64,000 nt of DNA from an uncultured Actinomycetota bacterium. Its GTDB lineage: Bacteria > Actinomycetota > Thermoleophilia > RBG-16-64-13. The position numbers and the translations under genes were made by a program. Below are positions 9,520 to 20,302 of the stretch, piece by piece. Each line of letters starts with the position of its first letter. Within the stretch, counting starts at the first letter, position 1. The DNA is taken from assembly GCA_963803925.1 (NCBI GenBank), contig CAWDOM010000005.1:134295-198294 (forward strand), in the 5' to 3' direction. The notes beneath the pieces were generated by a model. It was not told the origin of the DNA, did not search any database, and worked only from the letters and a program-made list of their open reading frames with translations.

Positions 9520-10848
9520 ATGAAGGCGACGCGTATCGCATTCGGGGTTCTGTTTCTGGCGTTGATAGTAGGCTTGCTTCCGCTGCTCGCAGCCTGCGGC
9601 GGAGGCGAGGAGACGACGACCACCTCGGCAGCGCAAGTTACTACAACCACTGCCGGCGCAGGGCAGCCTACGACCACATCTGGAGCCGTGCCAGACACCA
9701 CGGCAACGACCGCGGCGGAGGGGCCGGCGCAGACGTACACGATCGGTCTCATCCATTCAATGTCGGGCATGATGGCGGCGGCGTTCAACGCTGTCACCGA
9801 GGCCATGCCTCTGGTTGAGGAAGTGCTCAATGCCAGGGGTGGTTTCACCGTCAACGGCCAGAAGTACACCATCAAGCTCGTCGTAGAAGACGACATGTCC
9901 ACAACTGACGGCGCGATCGCCGCCGCCAAGAAGCTCATTGGGGCAGAAGTCAAGCAGGTCATCGCCCCGCAGTTCATCCCCAACAACGCCGCAATTGCCC
10001 CCATCTGCGAGCAGAACAAGATACTCCGGGTCGTGAGCATCGGCCCGAACCTGACAGAGTATGCGGCGGGAACCAGCCATTACTGCTTTGCCGCCATCTC
10101 GACCGCCGTTGGCGCGCAGGCCACCCTTGACAAGACCTTCGAACTGTACCCCAACGTCAAGAAGATAGCCGTGGTGGCTCTCGATGACCCCGGCATCCAG
10201 GACATCGTCGGCCGGGCGAAGGAGGACTTCCTGAGGCGAGGAATGGAGATCACTCTTGACGAGCAGTTCCCGCCGGATCTCCAGGACTTCTACCCGCTGA
10301 TAACGAAGGCGCTCGCGACCAACCCTGACGCCATCGCGGGAGTGGCCGGCGCACCTCCGTTCGCCAAGGGCCTCCTTGAGTCGATGCGGCAGATGGGCTT
10401 CACCGGCCCGCTGCTGACGGCGGCCGGCTGGGGTGACCCCGTCCAACTCACCCACCTCATCGAGGCGCAGTACGATACCGACTTTCCCATGCAGCAGCCG
10501 GACGTGACCAGCGATCTCATGCCAGACATTGTCAAGGAACTCAAAGCGCTGTCAGACGCCAAAGGCATGACCATGCAGTTGGACTACACCCTGCTCCTGG
10601 GCGGTGTGTGGACCATCGTCCAGGGTATCGAGAAGGCGCAGAGCTTCGACAACGACGCCATCGTCGCAGCCATGGAGACCATGGACTTCGACACCATCTA
10701 CGGGCCCGGCAAGATGGGCGGTGCCGAGAATGTGGCCGGCGTGAACATCGGCCAGAACCGCCTGATGCTGACGCCTATCCCATTCAGCCTCATCAAGGAC
10801 GCCAAGGTCGAATTCCAGTGGCTGCCGGCGCCGGTGCCTGGTACCTGA
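9520..10848 (+). CDS. ABC transporter substrate-binding lipoprotein, Liv-type (periplasmic-binding-protein type 1) family
   Basis: Signal peptide plus lipobox LLAACGGG, a Thr-rich linker, and a PBP1 fold. ATG at 9520 follows a GGAGGAG RBS; the ORF track starts at 9505. Confidence 0.8.
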   Translation: MKATRIAFGVLFLALIVGLLPLLAACGGGEETTTTSAAQVTTTTAGAGQPTTTSGAVPDTTATTAAEGPAQTYTIGLIHSMSGMMAAAFNAVTEAMPLVEEVLNARGGFTVNGQKYTIKLVVEDDMSTTDGAIAAAKKLIGAEVKQVIAPQFIPNNAAIAPICEQNKILRVVSIGPNLTEYAAGTSHYCFAAISTAVGAQATLDKTFELYPNVKKIAVVALDDPGIQDIVGRAKEDFLRRGMEITLDEQFPPDLQDFYPLITKALATNPDAIAGVAGAPPFAKGLLESMRQMGFTGPLLTAAGWGDPVQLTHLIEAQYDTDFPMQQPDVTSDLMPDIVKELKALSDAKGMTMQLDYTLLLGGVWTIVQGIEKAQSFDNDAIVAAMETMDFDTIYGPGKMGGAENVAGVNIGQNRLMLTPIPFSLIKDAKVEFQWLPAPVPGT

Positions 10849-10970
10849 GCGACGGATCGCCTACGGGTCAGTGTCGCTCTTTCGGAGTGCCGGCCGGCGC
10901 CGGGCATCGGAGGAGCGACACCGGCCTTCACACGTCGTTCCGTAGTCGCTGAAGGGAGCCAAGGTCCCAC

Positions 10971-11831
10971 ATGGGTGTAGTCGGGCAAGGAATACTCAAC
11001 GGGTTGTCGTCGGCTGGGATATACATCCTGGTGGCACTGGGGCTGACACTGGTTCTGAGCATCGTCAACATCGTGCAGATGGCCCATGGCGAGTTCTACA
11101 TGGTGGGTTCGTACTGCATGTACTACCTAATGACGCGTCTCGGCCTCAACTTCTTTCTTTCGGTGGTGATCGCCACCATCGTCGTGGGCGGCCTCGGCGT
11201 GATCGTGGAGCGCTTCGGCTTCCGGCCCCTGCAAGGCGACCCGGACCGCTCAATGATCGTGTCCATCGGGCTGATGCTGGCACTCCAGAACATCATGCTC
11301 GCCGTAGCAGGTGGCATCTCCAAGAGCATCAAGAGCCCGTACCCCGGCGTCGTGAGGATCGCGGGCACCACCATCTCATGGGACCGATTGATCATCGTGC
11401 TGGTCGCGGTCTTCTTGGTCGCGGTTCTCTTCTTCTTCATCAAGACGACCAAGACAGGTACAGCCATGCGCGCTATCTCCGAAGATCGAGTCGCCGCGAG
11501 GCTTCAGGGCATCAGCATCAACCGCATCTCGGCAACTGCCATGTGTTTCGGCTGTGGCCTCGCAGCCATCGCCGGAGCCGTCGTCGGCCCGGTCTTCGCG
11601 GTCTCCCCGACAATGGGCAGCTTCGCCCTGATGAAAGGCATCGGAGTGATAATCCTTGGCGGCCTAGGGAGTCTCCCTGGGGCGGTCTGTGGAGGCCTCA
11701 TCATCGGCATGATCGACGGCATCGTGCCGCTCTACACCTCCGCCTATGCGGCCAGCGTCATCTCGTTCGCGATGGTCATCTTGATCTTGCTGGTTCGTCC
11801 TCAGGGGATCCTGGGTCATGAATCCAAATAG
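10971..11831 (+). CDS. Branched-chain-amino-acid-type ABC transporter permease (LivH-like)
   Basis: 286 aa polytopic protein with HAAT-family permease motifs. Confidence 0.8.
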   Translation: MGVVGQGILNGLSSAGIYILVALGLTLVLSIVNIVQMAHGEFYMVGSYCMYYLMTRLGLNFFLSVVIATIVVGGLGVIVERFGFRPLQGDPDRSMIVSIGLMLALQNIMLAVAGGISKSIKSPYPGVVRIAGTTISWDRLIIVLVAVFLVAVLFFFIKTTKTGTAMRAISEDRVAARLQGISINRISATAMCFGCGLAAIAGAVVGPVFAVSPTMGSFALMKGIGVIILGGLGSLPGAVCGGLIIGMIDGIVPLYTSAYAASVISFAMVILILLVRPQGILGHESK

Positions 11832-12800
11832 CTCGCGGAGCTTTCCCTGGCGGCCGGCAACCGTGGCGGCGATACTGGCATTCGTTTGCGCGCTGCCCTT
11901 CATCTTCACCGGCGCGTACGGCCGCCAAGTGCTGGTGGTGTGCGGAATCAACATCATCGTTGCCTGTAGTGTGCGTCTTATCAATCTGACCGGGCAGTTC
12001 TCGCTCGGCACCGGCGCAATGATGACTCTGGGCGGCTATCTTTCAGCCCTCTTGGCAATCCACTATGGCGTGTCGCCCTGGATAGGCTTTGTGATCGCCG
12101 CCGCCGCCGCGTTCGTGGTCGCCTGCTTGTTCGGCATCGCCTTCGTCCGCCTCAAGGGCATGTACTTTGCGATGGTGACGTTGTTCTTCGCGCAGATCGT
12201 GACCCTCATCGTGCTCGATCTGCGCAGTTTCACCGGTGGCATCAACGGGCTCTTCGACATCCCGTGGCCGAACGGTATCCGGGTCGAGACCGCGTTCTTC
12301 TACGTGGTGGTGGCTATCTCTGCGCCGTCTGCCTGCTGGTGTTCTATCTCCTCGAGCACTCACGCTTGGGTTTGGTGTTCCGGGGAATAAGACAGACGGA
12401 GACCCTCTGCGAGAGCGTCGGCATCAACGTTCGCATCATGAAGGTGCTGGCCTTCGGACTCGGTTCGCTCTTCGCCGGGCTCGCCGGCGCATGCTACGGG
12501 CACTACATGCAGGCTCTCAACCCCTCGGCCTTTGGTTTCACGTTCACGCTCTACGCCGTGATCTACATGGTGGTGGGCGGGAGCAATGCGTTCGTGGGGC
12601 CTATCGTGGGCGCAACCGTCTTGACACTGGCGAACAACCTGCTCCGGGCGTTCGCCAAGTTCCAGCCCTTGTTCTTCGCGGCAGTGTTGCTGTTGATCGT
12701 GTTCCTCATGCCTGAGGGACTCGTCGGACTGCCGAAACGGACGATGACCGTGGTCAGCAGATATCGAGAGCGAAGGAGCGCACGTGCTGCTCAGGGTTGA
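11818..12800 (+). pseudogene. LivM-like ABC permease, frameshifted near 12330
   Basis: ORFs 11818..12390 and 12264..12800 are both LivM-like but in different frames. Confidence 0.65.
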
Positions 12801-13554
12801 GGGATTGACCAAGCGGTTCGGAGGCCTGCAGGCCGTCTCCGGACTCGACATGGGCGTCGAGTCCGGGCGAGATCGTCGGACTCATCGGACCCAACGGAGC
12901 CGGCAAGACAACGGTCTTCAATCTGCTGACCGGAGCTCATCGGCCGACGAGCGGCAAGGTGACGTTCTGAGGATAGGGACATCACCGGGTGGAAGCCTCA
13001 CTCGGTGGCGGCGCTGGGCATGGTGCGCACGTTCCAGATCACGAACATCTTCTCGAACTTCACCGTCCAGGAGAATCTGGTTCTCGCATGCAATCTCAAG
13101 GCGGACATCAGCTATTGGGGATCGACATTCCGCACGCGTAGAAGCCGCGCCAAGGAGAAGCAGGTCCTGCAGCGCTGCGACGAGATCCTGGAGACGGTCG
13201 GCCTGCAGAGCGTGAAGACCGCCACTGCCGGCACGCTCGCGCACGGGCACAAGAACCTGCTCGGTATCGCCATCGCTTTGGCGGCCGAACCGAAACTGCT
13301 CCTGCTCGATGAGCCCCTGGCTGGAATGAACGCACACGAGGTGCTCAGGAGGCTCTCGACGTCATCCGCAGGCTGTGGGCGAACGGAACGACTATCTTGC
13401 TGATAGAGCACAACATGAAAGCAGCCATGGCGCTCTGCGAGCGACTGGTGGTCATCAGTTTCGGCAAGAAGATCGCCGAAGGCACACCGGCGGAGATACG
13501 GGCAGAACAGATCGGTGATCGAGGCCTACCTTGGGGACGATACCTATGTTGCTT
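12784..13554 (+). pseudogene. LivG-like ABC ATPase, multiply frameshifted
   Basis: Walker A fragment ([18 protein letters not shown]...), then LivG pieces at 13005..13403 and 13350..13554 in other frames. Confidence 0.65.
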
Positions 13555-14256
13555 GAGTTGCGCAACGTGACGGTCCACTACGGGACGGCCGAAGCAGTAC
13601 GGGACATATCCTTCGGCATAGACGAGGGCGCCGCGGTGAGCGTCATAGGCGCCAATGGAGCCGGCAAGAGCACCATCATCAAGGCCGTCTGCCGGGCTGG
13701 TGAAGCTGCATTCCGGTGAGATCGAGTTCGACGGCAAGCAGGATCGATCGGCTTGTCGGTCGACACGATCGTAGGACGTGGGGTCATGTGCGTCCCGAGG
13801 GCCGAAGGCTGTTCCCCTGGATGAGCGTCGCCGACAACATCAAGATCGGCGCCTACTTGGAGAAAGACAAGAAGGCGATCAAAGGCGAAGCTGGAAGAGG
13901 TCTTCGAGCTGTTCCCACGGTGCAAGGAGAGGTTGAGCCAGAGAGCCGGCAGCCTGAGCGGCGGTGAGCAGCAGATGGTGGCGATCGCCCGGGCGATGAT
14001 GGCCCAAGCCGAGGCTGCTCATGATGGACGAACCTTCGCTGGGCTTGGCGCCCATGGTGATCAATGACCTGGCGACGACGATCATCGAACATCAACAGGA
14101 GCGGCGTGGCCATTCTCCTCGTCGAGCAGAACGCCGGCCTGGTGATGAAGGTGGCCCAGGAAGCTCACGTGCTCGAGGTCGGTGAGATCGTCGCGCAAGG
14201 TCCGGATGAAGGACCTCGTCGACAATGACTCGGTGCGGAGGGCGTTCGTGGGATGA
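13546..14256 (+). pseudogene. LivF-like ABC ATPase, multiply frameshifted
   Basis: [13 protein letters not shown]...GANGAGKSTI, then fragments in shifted frames. The start overlaps the LivG stop (ATGTTGCTTGA). Confidence 0.65.
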
Positions 14257-14268
14257 ACGCAAAGGAGT

Positions 14269-16238
14269 ATGACGTTGTCACTGCCCACAAGATACCCGCA
14301 CGTGTTCCGGCCGATCACTGTCGGCAACATGACGCTCAAGAACCGCATCCAGTTCTCGCCCATCGTGTCTCGTCACGCCGACCCCTACACGGGCACCTCG
14401 CACCAACGACCTGGTGGAGTTCCTCGGCGCCCAGGCCCGCTCGGGCGTGGGTTGGTCACCATCGGCTCGTCGCCCATCGACTTCGATCGGGCCCGCGACT
14501 TCTATGGATGCCTCTCGGTCGTACGGGAGAGCCGACGTGGCCAGCCTGTCGGTGCTCGCCGAGGAGGTGCACCGCTACGGCGCGAAGCTGTCCATCGAAC
14601 TGACCCACGCCGGCGCCGTCAGCGACCCTGCCCTACTCGCCGGCCCGGCCTTCGCGCCCTCGGTCATCCCGGGCATCCACAACCCGCACACCACCAAGGA
14701 GATCGACCGGGCCGAGATGGATGAGGTGAAGCAGCATTGGGTCGACTGCGTGCGACGGGTCAAGCGGGCCGGCTTCGACATGGCCATGATCCACGGCGCT
14801 CATATGAACCTGTTCGCCTCGTTCCTCACCCCGCTACTCAACCACCGCACCGACGATTATGGTGGAAACCCAGAGAACCGCATGAGGTTCCCGCTGGAGG
14901 TCCTCGAAGGCGTGCCGCGAGGAAGCCGGACCGGACTTCGGTCTCGAGCTGCGCATCAGCGGCGACGAGCGTGTGCCGGGTGGCGTGACGCTCGAGGAGC
15001 GCATCGCCTTTCTCAACGCAGCCGCTCCTTACATCGATATGGTCATCGTCTCCACGGGCGGCTTCCTCTTCCCCGAGACGGCCGCATACATGATGGCCGG
15101 CTACCACTTTCCCCACCTGCTGAACGTGGAGACCGCGGCCGAGATCAAGAAGGAGCGTGGACCTCCCGGTCTCGGTGGTCGGCGGCATAACCACCATCGA
15201 TGAGGCCGAGGAGATCCTCGCCGCCGGCAAGGCCGACATCGTGGCCATGGCCAAGGCGCTCATCGCCGACCAGGACCTGGTGACCAAGGCCAAGGTGGGC
15301 AGGGCCGACGAAATCCGCCCCTGCCTGCGCTGCCTCGAGTGCGCGTACGGCGGCCTCATCGGCACCCCCCTGCGCTGCGCAGTGAATCCCCAGGCCGGCC
15401 GTGAGATCAAGTACCGCGAGATCCCCCTCGCTCGAAGGAAGAAACGGGTGCTGGTCATCGGAGGCGGTCCCGCGGGTATGACGGCCGCGCGCGACGCCTG
15501 CGAGCGCGGCCATGAGGTGACCCTGTGGGAGAGGTCGGAGAGACTGGGCGGGCGCCTCTTCGAAGCCGCGGCGTTGCCTCAGAAAGACACGGCCCGCGCC
15601 TACGTCGACTGGGCGATCCGATCGACCATGAAGTGCGGCGCCACGAGTCGTCTGGGCAAGGAGGCTACTCCCGCCGACATCGAGGCGGAGGCGCCCGACG
15701 CGGTCATCGTCGCGGTCGGGGCCGAACACGCCCGGCCACCGCATCGACGGGATCGACCTGCCGCACGTCATGACCGTCTCCGAGGCCGACCTGGGTAGCA
15801 GAAGCCGGTGGATCAGAACCGTGGTTGTCTGCGGAGGCGGGCTCTCCGGCTCAGAGTGCGCCGCCGGACTGGCCATGGCGGGCAAGAAGGTCACGGTGGT
15901 CGACATCCTGCCCGAGGAAGCCCTGTGCCAGGACGCCGTCGACCTTGTCCGGGTCGCCCTTTTCGCACTTCTGAAAGACAAGGGCGTCGAGCGGGTCCAG
16001 GGCGCCGTGAAGAGCCATCACCACGACGGGGGTCGCCATCGACCCTCCCTGACGGTGGCACCATCGAACGTTGCCGGCGGACACAGTGGTCATCGCGTTC
16101 GGCCTCCGGCCGAACGTAGCGATTGTCGAATCACTGCTCAACGTCGTCGCGGAGAGCTATGTGGTGGGGGACTGCAGGAACGTAGGCAGAATCTTCGCAG
16201 CCAATCACGACGCGTTCAACGTCGCCGTGGAGGTGTGA
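14269..16238 (+). pseudogene. OYE / 2,4-dienoyl-CoA-reductase-like oxidoreductase, paralog 2, with about 5 frameshifts
   Basis: OYE and FAD/NAD-domain fragments sit at 14269.., 14414..15190, 14973..15203, 15157..15798 and 15770.. in different frames (FDMAMIHGAHMNLFASFL; RPCLRCLECA; VLVIGGGPAGM). AAAGGAG RBS before the ATG at 14269. Confidence 0.65.
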
Positions 16239-16281
16239 CGTGTGCCCTTCGCCGGCAACAAACGAGCAGCGCCGAGCCAGC

Positions 16282-17475
16282 ATGATCGAGGCGCACATCG
16301 ACTCTCTGCTGCGGCAGAGGCTAGAGACTTTGGAGCGCGCCAAGAACGAAGGGACGAAGGTGGTAGGTTACCTTCCTGGAGGATTCGTACCCGATGAGCT
16401 GATCTACGCGTCGGGAGCGATCCCCTTGTGTCTTGCCGCCGGAGGGGACGGCCGCGTGGCGGATGAGGCGCTCTCGCTCGTGCCGAACGTGATCTGTCCG
16501 TTCGCTCGAGCGCAGATCACCGAGCTGATGCGACAGACCGATCCGTTCTACAACGCGATAGACCTGCTCATCGTTCCCTCGACCTGCCAGCACATGAAGA
16601 AGATCGGCGACATCTGGGAGTTCCAGGAAGGCAGGGAGGTGTTCAAGCTCGGCGTGCCATACGAGCACGACAAGGCCTTCGAGCTCGAGTACTACCGAGA
16701 CCGCCTGTACGCTTTGAAGAAAAGGCTCGAGGCACTCACAGGCAAGAACATCACGGATGACAGACTCTTCGAGGCGGCCGAGACATACAACCATCTGCGG
16801 CTACTTCTGAGGACCTTGGGACAGACGCGCCGGAACGCGCACCAAGAGGACGAAGCGATCAGTACGCTCGAGTTTGCCCGACTCAGCCACGCTTCGTTCT
16901 ACGCGGATCCGGTGGCGATGACCGCGTCGCTCGAGGAGATCTGCGCTGAAATCCCCTCCAGCGCAGATCCCTCGGCCGACATCCCCGGCCTGTCTCTTCG
17001 GAGGCGACCGCGGCTCCTGCTCGTGGGGCCCAACCTGGCGGCCGGAGACTACGACCTGCTGAAGATGGTCGTCGACGCCGGCGCGGACGTAGTCGTCGAG
17101 GACATCTTCGAGGGCATACGCGACTATGGGCAGGTCGTCGACCTGTCCGGGCGCGAGGACTGCTTGGAGGCCCTCGCCAGAGCCTACCTAATCGACAAGA
17201 GACCAGCGGCTTTCATGCGCGGATCGCTGCCCCCGAGGCTCGATCATCTTCTCTACCTGACTCGGGACTTCGCTGTATCGGGCGTGCTCTGGTATCAACT
17301 CCTCTGCTGTGAGTTCTACGATGAGGAGTCCTACTATTTCCAGAGGATGCTGCAGGAGCGCGGCATCCCCATGCTCGTGATCGAGTCCGACTATCACGCC
17401 CTCGACTCGGGGCAGCTCAGAACGAGGTTGGCCGCCTTCGTCGAGACCTTACAGGGAGGTCCAATCGATGCGTGA
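16282..17475 (+). CDS. 2-hydroxyacyl-CoA dehydratase / BcrBC-family (HGD-D domain) subunit, ~400 aa, pair 1
   Basis: Conserved Cys in VICPFARA, TCQHMK and LLCCEFYDEES. Start at the Met that aligns with the paralog at 27100; the ORF track begins at a GTG at 16240, which has a GGAGG RBS and is an alternative start. Confidence 0.7.
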   Translation: MIEAHIDSLLRQRLETLERAKNEGTKVVGYLPGGFVPDELIYASGAIPLCLAAGGDGRVADEALSLVPNVICPFARAQITELMRQTDPFYNAIDLLIVPSTCQHMKKIGDIWEFQEGREVFKLGVPYEHDKAFELEYYRDRLYALKKRLEALTGKNITDDRLFEAAETYNHLRLLLRTLGQTRRNAHQEDEAISTLEFARLSHASFYADPVAMTASLEEICAEIPSSADPSADIPGLSLRRRPRLLLVGPNLAAGDYDLLKMVVDAGADVVVEDIFEGIRDYGQVVDLSGREDCLEALARAYLIDKRPAAFMRGSLPPRLDHLLYLTRDFAVSGVLWYQLLCCEFYDEESYYFQRMLQERGIPMLVIESDYHALDSGQLRTRLAAFVETLQGGPIDA

Positions 17476-18865
17476 GTTGCTGGCACTGTGTGGGTTCGAC
17501 GAGCGTGAGAGCAGTGAGCTCCTCCCCCGCGTTCAGCAGGTCTTCGTTCGCACCGGACTGACCGCCGCGGACATCGAGATCGCGAAGCAACGCTTGACCA
17601 CCTACTACGACATGGAGCTTCGCGGCGTTCGCAGACTGATGGGTCTCTTCCTCAAGGACTTCTGCGATATCGTCCTCATGAGGGAAGACGGCAGAAAACG
17701 CATCGTTCACGCCTGCATGCTGCCGGGGATGGACCTACTCGGATCGGCCATCATGGACAACACGGCGGAGGTCGGGTTGATTAGCCCGAACACCACGTTC
17801 ATGGTCGTCTTGGGCTGCATGTTCGGTAAGTTCGTGCCCGTTCTCGAGGCCGCGGAGAGGCAATGGCTGAAGGCCGGAGCGGTAGCGCATTGCGGTATGG
17901 TGAAGAGCAGGGTCGGGCTGATCAGTCTCGGCCTCATCCCGAGGCCTGACCTGACCATCACATCGGGATACGTCTGCGAGACGAGCCCCAAGGTGAACGA
18001 GATAATCGAACAGGTACACGGCATACCCGCCTGCTTCGTGGACGCCATGGAGGACCGGGAGCTGTGGGAATACCCGGCCGCGTCCCGAGCGACGACCTAC
18101 GCCGCCAAGAGCATGCGGGCCGCCTGTGGGCGAATCGAGCAGGTGACGGGCTTCGGTCTGGCGGACGACATGCTGTGGCGTGTCATCGAGGGTCGAAGGC
18201 CCCTCGATGAAGCCATGAACAGAGTGGCAGAGCTGATCAGAACGGCCGACCCTCTGCCGCTTGGCTCCACTCATTTGAACTTGCTGCTGGCCGTCAACTG
18301 CATTTCGTTTGTCGGAGACCAGCTGCCCGAGGCGATCGACATTCTCGACACTCTGCGGGCCGAGTTGCTGGCCAGAACCCGCAGGGGAGTCGGCGCTACG
18401 CCGAAGGGAGCGCCTCGCGTGCTCGCGATCTTTCCGCACCACCACTCCGATCCTCGCTGGGAGCACCAAGCGAATCAGGCCGGCCTCGCCATAGTCGCCT
18501 TCGATTTCCAAGGAGCTTCGGAACTGGCCGGCTCCGAAGTCGCGATCGCCGACCCCAACGATCCCTACGAAGTCATCGTGCAGAACCTCCACGGGTCGTT
18601 CACTCAGCCCCTGGGCGGACGCATCGCCATCGTGGTCGACTTTTGCAGGCGGTTGAGGGTGGACGGGGTGCTCAATCACTACCACCTCGGGTGCCGGTAC
18701 GTCGTGGGTGACGCGTTGATACTGCGGGATGCGATCGTCAAGGAGCTCGGCATGCCGGTGCTCATGGTCGAATGGGACAACTTCGACCCCCGTTCCTACA
18801 ATCAAGAACAGTATGAAGCCAAGCTGGAGACTTTCAGAACCATGATCGAATCGAGGGTTTCATGA
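17468..18865 (+). CDS. 2-hydroxyacyl-CoA dehydratase / BcrBC-family (HGD-D domain) subunit, 465 aa, pair 1
   Basis: Cys in VLGCMFGKF, HCGMVKSRVG and HYHLGCRY. It overlaps the upstream subunit by 8 nt, consistent with translational coupling. Confidence 0.7.
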   Translation: MRELLALCGFDERESSELLPRVQQVFVRTGLTAADIEIAKQRLTTYYDMELRGVRRLMGLFLKDFCDIVLMREDGRKRIVHACMLPGMDLLGSAIMDNTAEVGLISPNTTFMVVLGCMFGKFVPVLEAAERQWLKAGAVAHCGMVKSRVGLISLGLIPRPDLTITSGYVCETSPKVNEIIEQVHGIPACFVDAMEDRELWEYPAASRATTYAAKSMRAACGRIEQVTGFGLADDMLWRVIEGRRPLDEAMNRVAELIRTADPLPLGSTHLNLLLAVNCISFVGDQLPEAIDILDTLRAELLARTRRGVGATPKGAPRVLAIFPHHHSDPRWEHQANQAGLAIVAFDFQGASELAGSEVAIADPNDPYEVIVQNLHGSFTQPLGGRIAIVVDFCRRLRVDGVLNHYHLGCRYVVGDALILRDAIVKELGMPVLMVEWDNFDPRSYNQEQYEAKLETFRTMIESRVS

Positions 18866-20302
18866 CGGACTCTGGACGCCGTGAGTCAAACGCCGACGCG
18901 ACCGAGCTGTTTGTCGCCAGTTTCCAGAACGCCACGTTCGAGAACCTACCGTCCGAAGTGGTCGAGATCACCAAGCACCAAGTGCTCGACTTCTTCGGTG
19001 TCGCGCTGGGCGGTTCCGGAGAGGCCGGTGTCGCCGAGATGCGCGATCTGGTGCTCGAATGGAGCGGAACGCCGCAGGCCCACGTCTTTCGTTGGGGCGA
19101 CATGGTGCCGGCGCCCGACGCCGCCCAGGTCAACGCGACCATGGCTCACTCGCTCGATTTCGACGACGTCCATGAGGATGCGATCATGCACCCGGGAGTC
19201 GTGGCGATCCCCACAGCCCTTGCCATGAGCGAATATGTCGGAGACGTGGACGGCCGGGAGTTCCTCACCGTGGTTGCCTTGGCTACCGACTTCATCTGTC
19301 GTTGCGGCCTGGCAACCCGGCCAGGCGAGAGCAAGCTGCCGTACGGATGGCACCTGACGACACTCTACGGCGCCATGACGGCAGCCTTTGTCGCTGCCCG
19401 TCTGCTGCGCATGGACGCCGACACCATGACCAGCGCGGTCGGCATCGCGTACCACCAGGCCTCGGGAAACGGCCAGTGTGTGAAAGACGGGGCTCTCACA
19501 AAGCGTATGGGCCCGGGCATGGCCGTGCGGGCAGGCATCGTGTCGGCGCTCATGGCCAAGCGGGGCATCACGGGAGCCCGCAACTGCCTGGAAGGCGCGG
19601 CCGGTCTGTACAACGTCTACCACATGGGTGCCTACTCGCGCGAGAGACTGGTGAACGACCTCGGCGCGCGCTTCGAGGGCCTCAACGTGTCGATCAAGCC
19701 CTATCCCTGCTGCAGGGGCGTGCATGCGTTCATCGATGCCGGCCTGGCCCTTGTCGACCAAGCATGATCTCCGCCCAGACGATGTGGAGAGCATCCTCAT
19801 CCAGTGCGGAGAGGGCACCTACGGGCTTCTGGGCTCTCCGCTTGAGTTCAAGAAGCGGCCTCGCAATCCGGTCGACTCCCAGTTCAGTATCGTCTGGGGA
19901 GTAGCGACGGCTCTGGCGCGGCGCCGCGCGACACTCGCCGACTTCACGTGGGAGGCGATCGGCAGCAGCGACATCCTCGGTCTCTCGACGAAGACTGATG
20001 TGCGGGTGGAGCCCGAGTTCAACCGTGGCGACCAGGGTATCGAGCCCGCACGGGTGACCGTGCGCATGAGAGACGGCGGGGTGTTCGTGGAGCAGTGCGA
20101 CCTACCCACCGGCACGCCTTCGCGGCCGCTCTCCTTCTCCGACATCGAGCGAAAGTTCCGGAGCCTGCTGGAACATGCGGGCCAGCCGATTCCCACCGGT
20201 GCCGCCGACCGGCTCGTGCAGACGGTCGCCCGGCTGGACAACCTTGAGGACACCCGCGATCTCGCCCGTCTGGCGGGACAAGAACAGGGAGTGAAACAAT
20301 GA
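18862..20302 (+). CDS. MmgE/PrpD family protein (2-methylcitrate-dehydratase-like), paralog 1, frameshift near 19740
   Basis: ORFs 18862..19767 and 19724..20302 both carry MmgE/PrpD-family sequence in different frames. ATGA overlaps at both ends. Confidence 0.65.
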
